Below, one piece after another: positions 47,377-56,320 of a stretch of 64,000 nt of DNA. Position 1 is the stretch's first letter. Each line of letters begins with the position of its first letter. A model generated the notes under the pieces. That model was not told where the DNA came from, made no database searches, and saw only the letters and a list, made by a program, of their open reading frames with translations. Both the position numbers and the translations under genes were made by a program. Source of the DNA: Melioribacter sp. (GTDB taxonomy: Bacteria > Bacteroidota > Ignavibacteria > Ignavibacteriales > Melioribacteraceae); the NCBI GenBank assembly GCA_003155655.1, contig PMDS01000025.1, forward strand, positions 354 through 64,353. Direction: 5' to 3'.

Positions 47377-48609
47377 ATGGCAGTTATTAAGCCATTTAAG
47401 GCTGTTCGTCCTGCTGAAAAAGTTGCACATTTGGTAGCAAGCGTTCCGTATGATGTAGTTAACCGCGAAGAAGCTGCAGCTCTTGCTAAAGGAAATCCTT
47501 TGAGTCTTCTGCGCGTTACCCGCTCTGAGATCGAGATGAATGAAAATATAGATGTATATTCTAAAGAAGTTTATCAAAAAGCAAAAGCAAATTTTGATTC
47601 GTTAAAAGAGGACGGTTTTTTTATCCAGGATTCCAAACCTTACTTTTATATTTATAAGTTAACAATGGGCAGTCATTCCCAGTCTGGAATAGCCGCTGCG
47701 GTTTCAGTTGAAGATTATGAAAACGATGTAATAAAAAAACACGAAAAAACCCGCAAGGTTAAAGAAGACGACCGCACAAATCATATAATAACAACTGAAG
47801 CTCAAACGGGTCCCGTATTCTTGACATATAAACCTGTTGTGGAGATTGATAAGATTGTAAGTGAGACCATTAAAAAAAATAAGCCAATATATAATTTTAC
47901 ATCTGCTGACGGCATCACGCATGAAATTTGGATTCTTCCAGCGGAACTCTCAGATTCCATTATTAAAGCAATGAGCGGCGTAAAAAATATCTATATAGCC
48001 GATGGTCACCACCGCGCAGCCAGCGCTTGCAGGGTGCAGAAAATTAAAAAAGATAAGAACCCCAATCATAACGGGGAAGAAGAATATAATTTCTTCCTTG
48101 GTGTTTTATTCCCTGCCGATCAGGTAAAAATTCTTTCGTACAACCGTGCTGTACATAAACTTAAAATGACTAAAGAAGAATTCTTTGAAAAAATTAAAAA
48201 GAATTTTTCAGTTGAAGTTACCAAGATGAATAATCCTAAAGAGAAAAAAACGTATGGTATGTACATAGATAAAAAATGGTACCTGTTAAAGCCAACTGAT
48301 AACGTAAAACCCGGAAAAGCAATTGGTGATAATCTTGATATAAGCATACTGCAAAATTATCTGCTGCACCCAGTTTTAGGAATTGAGGATCCGCGTACAG
48401 ATACTAATATCGATTTTATCGGCGGAATACGCGGAGCAGAGGAATTGGAAAGACTTGTTGATAACGGTATAGATGAAGTTGCATTCTCATTATTTCCGGT
48501 AACCGTTGATGAACTTATTAATGTATCTGATGCAGGTGAAACGATGCCTCCTAAATCAACATGGTTTGAACCAAAACTAAGAGACGGCTTGCTCGTTCAT
48601 ATTATCTGA
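47377..48609 (+). CDS. DUF1015 family protein
   Basis: About 410 aa from MAVIKPFKAVRP (SD GGAGAGG). It has an ADGHHR motif. The family is commonly found adjacent to serC. Confidence 0.75.
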   Translation: MAVIKPFKAVRPAEKVAHLVASVPYDVVNREEAAALAKGNPLSLLRVTRSEIEMNENIDVYSKEVYQKAKANFDSLKEDGFFIQDSKPYFYIYKLTMGSHSQSGIAAAVSVEDYENDVIKKHEKTRKVKEDDRTNHIITTEAQTGPVFLTYKPVVEIDKIVSETIKKNKPIYNFTSADGITHEIWILPAELSDSIIKAMSGVKNIYIADGHHRAASACRVQKIKKDKNPNHNGEEEYNFFLGVLFPADQVKILSYNRAVHKLKMTKEEFFEKIKKNFSVEVTKMNNPKEKKTYGMYIDKKWYLLKPTDNVKPGKAIGDNLDISILQNYLLHPVLGIEDPRTDTNIDFIGGIRGAEELERLVDNGIDEVAFSLFPVTVDELINVSDAGETMPPKSTWFEPKLRDGLLVHII

Positions 48610-48629
48610 AATTATAACTGAAGAATAAA

Positions 48630-49727
48630 TTGGAGAAAAAAATGGAGAAACGAATTTTTAATTTTAGCGCCGGCCCGGCAATTTTACCTGAAGAAGTGCT
48701 GCTTGATGCACAGAAGGATTTTTTCTCTTACAAGAGTTCCGGAATGAGCATTATGGAGATGAGCCACCGGGGTAAAATTTTTGATGGTATTATTAAAGAA
48801 GCCGATGCTGACCTTAGAAAACTTTTGAATATTGGTGAAAATTATTCTATACTTTTTTTACAGGGCGGGGCAACTCTTCAATTTTCTATGGTTCCTCTGA
48901 ATTTGATGCCTCCTAAAAACAAAGCTGATTATATTGTAACAGGCGCCTGGGCAGAAAAAGCAGTTAAAGAAGCGAAGCGGGTTGGAACAGTTAATATTGC
49001 CGGTACAACAAAATCAGATCTCTATACTCGCATTCCAAAACAATCTGAATTGAAACTTGACCCGGATGCTTCATATGTTCATTTTACTTCCAACAATACA
49101 ATTTTTGGTACACAATGGAGATCAGAACCGGAAGTTGGTAACGTTCCGCTTGTATGTGACGCTTCTTCAGATTTTCTACATAAGAGTATTGATGTTAACA
49201 AATATGGATTGATTTATGCCGGCGCGCAAAAAAATATTGGTCCTTCCGGTGTGGTAGTTATTGTTGTAAGAAAAGATTTGCTGGAAAGATCTTCCGATAC
49301 TTTACATACGTACATGAATTACAAAGTTCACGCGGAAAACGAAACAATGTATAATACGCCGAACACATTCGGAATTTATATTGCCGGGTTAGTATTTAAG
49401 TGGCTGTTGAATATGGGCGGACTTGATGTTATGTACAAGCGCAATTTGGAAAAAGCAAATGTACTTTATGACTATATGGATGAAAGCGGTGATTATTATA
49501 AAGGCACTGTTGCCAAAGAAGACCGTTCGTTAATGAATGTTTGTTTACGTCTGCCTAACGAACAGCTTGAAGAAAAAATTATTAAAGAAGCTTCGGCAAA
49601 AGGATTCAGCGGAATAAAGGGACACCGTTCTGTTGGAGGATTGAGAGTTTCTATCTACAATGCATTCCCTAAAAAAGGCGTTGAAGCCCTGATTGAATTT
49701 ATGAAGGATTTTAAGAAGAACAACTAA
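48630..49727 (+). CDS. serC: Phosphoserine aminotransferase
   Basis: 365 aa with FNFSAGPA at the N-terminus, a PLP-lysine region (GAQKNIGPSG) and a SerC C-terminus. Confidence 0.9.
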   Translation: MEKKMEKRIFNFSAGPAILPEEVLLDAQKDFFSYKSSGMSIMEMSHRGKIFDGIIKEADADLRKLLNIGENYSILFLQGGATLQFSMVPLNLMPPKNKADYIVTGAWAEKAVKEAKRVGTVNIAGTTKSDLYTRIPKQSELKLDPDASYVHFTSNNTIFGTQWRSEPEVGNVPLVCDASSDFLHKSIDVNKYGLIYAGAQKNIGPSGVVVIVVRKDLLERSSDTLHTYMNYKVHAENETMYNTPNTFGIYIAGLVFKWLLNMGGLDVMYKRNLEKANVLYDYMDESGDYYKGTVAKEDRSLMNVCLRLPNEQLEEKIIKEASAKGFSGIKGHRSVGGLRVSIYNAFPKKGVEALIEFMKDFKKNN

Positions 49728-49754
49728 AATATTATTATTAGATAGTTAATAAAA

Positions 49755-49790
49755 AAACCCGTTCCTTATTCAAGAGCGGGTTTTTTGTTT
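49755..49790 (+). terminator. Intrinsic terminator after serC
   Basis: Hairpin ACCCGTTC-cttattcaa-GAGCGGGT followed by TTTTTTGTTT. Confidence 0.7.
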
Positions 49791-49851
49791 GGAAATATTT
49801 TTCAAAGAATGATTGCAAATAACATTATTGACACACTCAATTTTTTATTTT

Positions 49852-49960
49852 AAGTTGCATCTGTAACAAAGAGAATCCTGCAATGGGAGAACGAAATGGC
49901 GTTATCCTTTCTGATAAACACTCGCTTATCATAATTGTAAGACTTTATATATAATAAAGA
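49852..49960 (+). repeat. Copy 1 of a ~110 bp intergenic repeat family (AAGTTGCAnnTGyAACAAAGAGAAnCCyGmAATGGGrGAAC ... AAGACTWTATATATA)
   Basis: It aligns with 54779-54890, with both ends conserved and the middle more diverged. Confidence 0.6.
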
Positions 49961-50081
49961 AAATAATAAGTTTTTAAAGAAATTGGGAAGTAAATATGTA
50001 GCTAAGTGCATATCTACGTTCTCTCGATAAATAACCCGTTCAGCAAAAGTTACATTAGGCAAGTATATAAGGAGAAACAAA

Positions 50082-50648
50082 ATGGATAGTGAAAAAAAAT
50101 CAAATGAAAATTCTTTACTTGTTGCGACATATAAAAAATGGCCTGCGTGGGAACGTGGTATTTTATATTTCAATTTGGATGGTGTTTCGTATTTTCCTAT
50201 TGCAAGATCTTGGGCAAATGTAATCGCTATTGCTTTGTTATTAATATGGTTCAGTTTAGTAGGAATACTAGCCGAAACCGAAACCGAATTCATTGGTGTG
50301 ATACCTAATATTATTGTTACATATGGAATATTTCTGGGATGTTTACCATTTAGCTCAGGTGTCCGTAAAAAAGCTAATGAGATAGAAAAAGTTGTAAAAT
50401 TGAATGGTATAAATAATATTAGACAACTAAATGGGGGACTAAAATGGAGTTGGGAAAAGATAGTAAATATTACTGCGAAAAATAAGGCTCCATTTTCCTT
50501 TAAATTGACGGAAACAAATGGATTAACTTCTCATTTCCTATTATTAGGCAAAGCTAGTGCTTTTGATTTTGCAAGTGGGGTGGATACAGTTGAAGCAGTT
50601 AAAAATGTAGTAAATACTCTTTCTCATAAAAAACTTATTATAAAATAA
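50082..50648 (+). CDS. Hypothetical membrane protein
   Basis: 188 aa, with a strong SD (TAAGGAGAAACAAAATG) and two TM helices. It is preferred over the overlapping antisense ORF 49850-50293. Confidence 0.45.
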   Translation: MDSEKKSNENSLLVATYKKWPAWERGILYFNLDGVSYFPIARSWANVIAIALLLIWFSLVGILAETETEFIGVIPNIIVTYGIFLGCLPFSSGVRKKANEIEKVVKLNGINNIRQLNGGLKWSWEKIVNITAKNKAPFSFKLTETNGLTSHFLLLGKASAFDFASGVDTVEAVKNVVNTLSHKKLIIK

Positions 50649-51222
50649 AATATTTATGTTAAGAATATTGCCTAAGTAGTGACACATTACCACAGCGCTT
50701 TTGCAGATTGCTATTGTACAATTATAAAGTTAGTTGCTCTTTGAAGTTAGTTACACTAAATAATTTTTAATAATTATTGGCATTTGTTTTCTTCCGAAGA
50801 AATCCTTTCGGGAAAAGCTGCATTGTTGTTACGGGTAGCGGGTGTAAGACGGCAGTAAGAGAAGAAATTTTTAACATCTTCAAAACGGTTAGCGTCATCA
50901 ACTTCGAGAAGAATAGTAAAAGCGTTCATTTTACTTATACCGAGAATCCAGAAAAGACGCTGTTAGAATCAGTTCTCTTTAGAAGCCAATTGACAATACT
51001 TATATTAATAATTATTTTATATTTATACCTTTCCTCTCAATTTTAGAAGATTAGCATTCATATAGATTTCCTTTCCAGCGTATTATTGAAGAAAAAGAAT
51101 TTCAATGTGGGAACTAATGCTTTGAGTATTAAAAGCAGGACTGTATAAATAGTTTTTTTTCTTCGGCTGCCTAATATGAGTTTTTATTTAATTGAGAATA
51201 AAGACAATATGAAGATACAAAA

Positions 51223-52875
51223 ATGAAAAATAGAATTTGTATTTCTTTAATCATAATGGGATTTGCATTAATTCTAATGAATAGTTGCAAGACAGACGAT
51301 TCAATTAACTCCGCAACATCATCACAAAATGGTGGGCTAATATTTAATCCCAATCTGACTTATGGTACAGTAACAGACGTTGATGGTAATATATACAAAA
51401 CTATCAACATCGGAACTCAAACATGGATGGCCGAAAATCTACGCTCTACACATTACCGAAACGGTGAAACCATACCTGAGATAACAGATTATTCTACATG
51501 GACACAACTAGACTTTCTAACAAAAGGGGCATATTGTAATTATAGAAACACAAGGAGCAATGATACTATTTCTACTTTTGGAAGGTTATATAATTGGAGT
51601 GCAGTGAACGATCTCCGAAGTCTCGCACCAATTGGATGGCATGTACCTTCTGATTCCGAATGGACAGTCCTGACAACTTATTTAGGTAGCGAAGCAGGAG
51701 CTAAACTTAAAGAAAAGGGCAATACGCATTGGTTAGTTCTTAATAAAGAAGCGACTAACGAAAGCGGCTTTACAGCAATTCCTGGCGGTTATCGTATCAA
51801 CAATACCTTTTACGAATTTGGCAATTCAGGTTACTGGTGGAGTTCTACTGATTATAATACTGGCGATGGATATATTTTATATGCATGGTACCGGGGAATG
51901 GGCTGCAGGAACAACACTGTGGACAGATTTTGGGAACCGAAGGAGCTCTGTTATTCCGTCCGTTGTATCAAGGACGCGACTCCAAGATTTCCAACGATAA
52001 CAACTTCTCAGGTCTTTGCGGTTACTAATACTACAGCAACAAGTGGTGGTCAAATCACATCTGAAGGAGGATCTCCGGTAATATCACGTGGAGTATGTTG
52101 GAGTACCAATCCAAACCCAACTACTGCAAATAATCATACTTCAGAAGGAACCGGAACCGGATCTTTTACAAGTTTAATAACAGGATTATTACCTGGTGCA
52201 ACTTATTATTTAAGGGCTTATGCTGTTAATAGTGTTGCGGGAACAGTTTATGGAAATGAATTTAGTTTTATTACATATCAAGGAACTGTAACAGACATTG
52301 ATGGAAATGTCTATAATACCATTCAAATTGGAACACAAGTATGGATGGCAGAAAATCTTAAAACTACAAAATACCGTAATGGAGATTTGATTGGGACAAC
52401 GACCCCCGCCACATTAGACATATTAGATCAAAGTGCTCCAAAATATCAATGGGCAAATGGTGGTAATGATAACAGAGTTGCAACTTATGGCAGGTTATAC
52501 ACATGGTATGCTGTAAACGACAGCCGTAATATATGTCCAATCGGATGGCATGTTCCAAGTGATGCAGAATGGACTGCCTTAACCACTTATTTAGGTGGAG
52601 AATCTATAGCGGGTGGTAAACTTAAAGAAGCTGGCACAATTCATTGGATAAGTCCTAATACTGGAGCAACAAACAATAGCCGTTTTACAGCCCTTCCAGG
52701 TGGCAGTCGTAGCTGGAGTGGAGTCTTCGGAGGTTATGACGGTTACTGGTGGAGTTTCACTGAATACAGTACAGCCTCTGCCTGGTTCCGTTTGATGTAC
52801 TACGATGCAAGCAATGTATTCAGAACATATAGCAATAAGAGAGACGGTTGTTCTGTACGTTGCATTAAGGATTAA
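51223..52875 (+). CDS. Lipoprotein with two FISUMP (Fibrobacter succinogenes major paralogous) domains
   Basis: 550 aa with a lipobox (LMNSCKTDD). It has two copies of GRLYNWSAVND...CPIGWHVPSD.EWT.LTTYLG...GFTA.PGG.R...YWWS...CSVRCIKD separated by an FN3-like segment. Confidence 0.75.
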   Translation: MKNRICISLIIMGFALILMNSCKTDDSINSATSSQNGGLIFNPNLTYGTVTDVDGNIYKTINIGTQTWMAENLRSTHYRNGETIPEITDYSTWTQLDFLTKGAYCNYRNTRSNDTISTFGRLYNWSAVNDLRSLAPIGWHVPSDSEWTVLTTYLGSEAGAKLKEKGNTHWLVLNKEATNESGFTAIPGGYRINNTFYEFGNSGYWWSSTDYNTGDGYILYAWYRGMGCRNNTVDRFWEPKELCYSVRCIKDATPRFPTITTSQVFAVTNTTATSGGQITSEGGSPVISRGVCWSTNPNPTTANNHTSEGTGTGSFTSLITGLLPGATYYLRAYAVNSVAGTVYGNEFSFITYQGTVTDIDGNVYNTIQIGTQVWMAENLKTTKYRNGDLIGTTTPATLDILDQSAPKYQWANGGNDNRVATYGRLYTWYAVNDSRNICPIGWHVPSDAEWTALTTYLGGESIAGGKLKEAGTIHWISPNTGATNNSRFTALPGGSRSWSGVFGGYDGYWWSFTEYSTASAWFRLMYYDASNVFRTYSNKRDGCSVRCIKD

Positions 52876-53066
52876 GCTTAAGTGAAATAGCAAAGTAATT
52901 ATTACCCTTCCACAGAAAATGTTGAAAGGTGAATTAGGAAAGAACATTTAATTGTGATCTTGAATATTTTGTATTAGAATAGAAAGAATAGGAAGATATT
53001 CTTTTTAAATTGAGATGTGTAGTAATACTTAGTCTGTGGTGTTCAATTATTCTATTAGGAGGACAA

Positions 53067-53573
53067 ATGAAAATTATTTTTAGATTATCGATCATCTTAA
53101 CTCTTTTCTTTATTCCCTCCGTTCTCACATATAGTCAATCTGCTGATTGGACAATAATAACATCTTCAAGGGATACTCTGAGGTCTTGCATCATACGGGA
53201 AGTAGTAGGCGGTGATGTGAATTTAATCTGTGGTGTTTCTTTTACTCATATTTCAGTTGACTCTCTGAGCATATTGATAAAACGCAAAGGATCGCCCTTG
53301 TGGAAAGGAGCAATTAATGGATTATACGCAGGTATGTTAGTAGGAGCTGTAGCTGGATTAGTATTTTACCCCGAAACACCTTCAAAGTGGGAAAAATACT
53401 TTGGAAAAGCTGGGTATGCTATGTACGGTAGCCTTGGCGGTGCTGCTGCCGGTTTTCTGCTTGGAGGAATTGTTGGAGCTATAGTTGGTAGTAATGATGA
53501 CAAATATGATTTATCGAAGAAATCAAAAGAAGAAAAGATTGAGTTTCTTCGTAATCTTATTGATAATGACTGA
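53067..53573 (+). CDS. Hypothetical secreted/membrane protein with a glycine-zipper segment
   Basis: About 168 aa from MKIIFRL (SD TAGGAGGACAAATG), with a signal peptide and GxxxG-rich hydrophobic helices. Confidence 0.45.
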   Translation: MKIIFRLSIILTLFFIPSVLTYSQSADWTIITSSRDTLRSCIIREVVGGDVNLICGVSFTHISVDSLSILIKRKGSPLWKGAINGLYAGMLVGAVAGLVFYPETPSKWEKYFGKAGYAMYGSLGGAAAGFLLGGIVGAIVGSNDDKYDLSKKSKEEKIEFLRNLIDND

Positions 53574-53833
53574 TCAGGTGAATTATCATTTTTTTTATTG
53601 TTTCTATTATATAGCTGAGTTGAATTAATTACGTAGGGCAAGAATGTTGCCTGATTCCATTATAACGAATACATTAATTGTCGCTAAGAGTACGAATAAT
53701 TGGTTGTTATAAATTCTTCGAGTAGGTATAAATAATAAACTTAGTAAGAACTAAAACACGGTGTTGCTGATCTTTAACAACTTGTCCCGCTTTAAATGAA
53801 GTTGTTACTTAGGCATTTACATATAAGGATCTT

Positions 53834-54700
53834 ATGAAAAAGATTACGATTATTATAATAGTTTTAACTACTGTAACGATGAAAATTCATGCTCAATTAC
53901 CTAACGCCGGATTTGAAAGTTGGACTAACGGCAATCCTGATAATTGGGGGGTGGCTGTAAGTACTGGTACTGTTACAAGAACATCTCAGGCTCATTCGGG
54001 TAATTTCGCTCTGCGAGGTGAACCTGTTTTAATATCTGGAAATATTATCGGCCCCATATTACAATCAGGAGTAGGTGGTACAGGGTTTCCAATTAATTAT
54101 AGCCCTACATCAGTAACAGGATATTATAAGTTCTTTCCTGCAACCTCATCTGGAGATAGATTCGTTGTATCAATTGGTTTGACAAATGGAGGAGTATCGG
54201 GAACACCAATTGCTAGCAATTTAGTCTTCTTATCTCAAACAATGGATAATTACTCTCAATTCTCCGTTCCATTTATTTATGTTGCAAGTGATGCCCCGGT
54301 TACTTGTGTTATACACTTTTCAATTGTGGGTCCATCGACTGCATCACCGATGCCAACAATCGGATCATATTACATTCTTGACGATCTTGGATTTTCTGGA
54401 ACAACTAATGTTGACTCAAAAAGAAACAGTCTTCCAAGCAAGTTTAAAATTTTACAAAACTTTCCGAACCCGTTTAATCCAAATACTAAAATAATATTTG
54501 AGTTGCCTAAAGCGTGTAATGTATTGCTGAGGATTTTCGATTTATTAGGACAAGAAAAATCAGTACTGATTAATAAAGAACAATCAGCTGGTAATCACGA
54601 AGTAAGTTTTGATGGTTCGGAATTACCAAGCGGAATATATTTTTACACAATTAAAGCTGATAATTTTATTCAATCGAAGAAAATGATATTGCTCAAATAA
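53834..54700 (+). CDS. T9SS C-terminal sorting domain-containing secreted protein
   Basis: 288 aa with a signal peptide and a C-terminal FPNPFNPNTKIIFELP...KKMILLK domain. Confidence 0.7.
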   Translation: MKKITIIIIVLTTVTMKIHAQLPNAGFESWTNGNPDNWGVAVSTGTVTRTSQAHSGNFALRGEPVLISGNIIGPILQSGVGGTGFPINYSPTSVTGYYKFFPATSSGDRFVVSIGLTNGGVSGTPIASNLVFLSQTMDNYSQFSVPFIYVASDAPVTCVIHFSIVGPSTASPMPTIGSYYILDDLGFSGTTNVDSKRNSLPSKFKILQNFPNPFNPNTKIIFELPKACNVLLRIFDLLGQEKSVLINKEQSAGNHEVSFDGSELPSGIYFYTIKADNFIQSKKMILLK

Positions 54701-54778
54701 ATTTGTCTAGTAATTGAAATATAAAATTATTAGCTAAAAGTAAGAAGAGTTATAGTTTACAATAATAACTTCCACTCC

Positions 54779-54890
54779 TAAGTTGCAAATGCAACAAAGA
54801 GAAACCCGAAATGGGGAAACAAATTCTAAATACCTTTTCCTGTGGACAACTCCGATTTATTAGTCTCAAGACTATATATATATAAATAAT
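54779..54890 (+). repeat. Copy 2 of the ~110 bp intergenic repeat family
   Basis: See 49852-49960. Confidence 0.6.
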
Positions 54891-55157
54891 TATTTCCTTT
54901 TCTAGATTAATTTAATTCAGACTCAAAAAATGGTGAGTGAATTAAGAAATCTGTAGGATATTATTCTTTTGTAGACGGAATGATATCATGCCAAAAAGAA
55001 GGATTATAAACAAGATATAAGTCGGTAGATATCATGCTAAAGACGATATATCAATTGGCGGGTTAATTAATAGTTAGGCAATAGTTCAGGAAAGATTATC
55101 GATAAAGCTTTCTCATACTCAATGGTCTTTTCACAAAACTAAAAGGAGAATCATCTT

Positions 55158-55637
55158 ATGTTACAGTGTTCATTCACCAAAATTCTAATTGCAACATTTC
55201 TTTTCACTATAACTCTATCTCAAATAGTACATACGCAAGAGAAAGTTTCACAGTTAGCCAGTGTTGTTACTCCAAAATATGTAGACCTTAGCTCTAATGT
55301 GCAAACACTCGAGGTCAAGTATGGTATCCCAACAGTTGGCGAATACACGATAGAGACACTCGGATATTCAGAGATCCGTTTCTTTGTAAGTGTATTTGCT
55401 GACAACTATAAGACCACTCCGATAAAGGACGCAAAGTTAAATATGCGTTTCTTTAATAATATACAAGGAGGTTCTTGGGATTATGCCGACTACTCAATAA
55501 AATCAATTGTCACATCCTACATCCAGGGATGGACGATTCAAAAAGTCTTCGGGAAATCAACTCGAATATTGGTTTGGGCGGAAAACATGCCTCTTGGTCC
55601 ATATACTATTGATGTCACCTATTATTTAATTCCATGA
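55158..55637 (+). CDS. Hypothetical secreted protein
   Basis: 159 aa with a signal peptide, an SD (AAAGGAGAATC) and no recognisable motif. Confidence 0.45.
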   Translation: MLQCSFTKILIATFLFTITLSQIVHTQEKVSQLASVVTPKYVDLSSNVQTLEVKYGIPTVGEYTIETLGYSEIRFFVSVFADNYKTTPIKDAKLNMRFFNNIQGGSWDYADYSIKSIVTSYIQGWTIQKVFGKSTRILVWAENMPLGPYTIDVTYYLIP

Positions 55638-55760
55638 ATTTTAACCATGGTGATTGGTAAAAGCGTTTATTCACAGTTGCCTAACCTGCGTCTCAGCCCG
55701 TCCGCTCCTATCAAGTCGTGATCGGTCGTAAGGTTTTATTAGCGGGGCCGGAAAAAATCT

Positions 55761-55836
55761 TGATATGATTAGGTAAGAATTTTCGGACAAATCGGTAAAG
55801 TCACAGAGCATTTTTTAGCTCGCCACAGCCTGCCCC
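55761..55836 (+). repeat. Intergenic 76 bp duplicate (~93% identity) of an internal coding segment of the downstream ASST-like gene (original at 56777-56851)
   Basis: Direct comparison: attagcggggccggaaaaaatct...cggtaaagtcacagagcattt. Confidence 0.75.
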
Positions 55837-55879
55837 GACGTTTTTTGTCGGGGGCTGTGTCCCGACGTTCTTTGTCGGG
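55833..55879. repeat. Tandem pair of GC-rich hairpins (CCCCGAC-gtttttt-GTCGGGG and CCCGAC-gttcttt-GTCGGG)
   Basis: Read directly from the sequence. The pair lies immediately downstream of the duplicated gene fragment. Confidence 0.65.
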
Positions 55880-56320
55880 GGTGTACCGTGGCGTACTAGA
55901 AATAAAACGCCCTCCTTTTATTGTGAACGTCGAATATTTTTCCTTTCCATCAGCGCTGGCAATGATCGCCTTTCTACTTACTCCTTATACATTATACTGT
56001 CCTTATTTTAAGAGTATCATCATTATAAACTAGCTATTCCCACCTTAAAAGATGTAGTTCCTTTTTCATCCTTTTATCCGTTGAATCTTTGAACTAAATA
56101 CTGCATTTACTATAACAAATTGGTTGGTATATATGTAAATGATCAATAAAAAAATGTAAAATCAGATTAGTACGCCCATCTCAAAAATTTTAAATGATCA
56201 TGCCAAAACACTTCAAAAATATAGACAGTCAAAGCAGTAAGGAGAATCACCATGAAAATACTATAATTAAACCTATAAGAGTAATCCCGCATCTAATAAT
56301 AAAATGAAAGAATTGAGGTA

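Noticed and set aside
49850-50293. 147-aa minus-strand ORF
   Set aside because: It overlaps both the 110 bp repeat copy and the SD-led 188-aa plus-strand gene, has no RBS, and its translation is low-complexity. It is likely non-coding.
50777-51046. 89-aa ORF in the 570 bp spacer before the FISUMP gene
   Set aside because: It has no SD, an odd composition and no motif. The spacer may instead hold regulatory sequence, and I cannot support a gene call.
55833-55879. Tandem hairpin repeats considered as a possible CRISPR array
   Set aside because: There are only two units at each locus. The units are themselves palindromic (stem-loops), with no unique spacers and no cas genes in the window.
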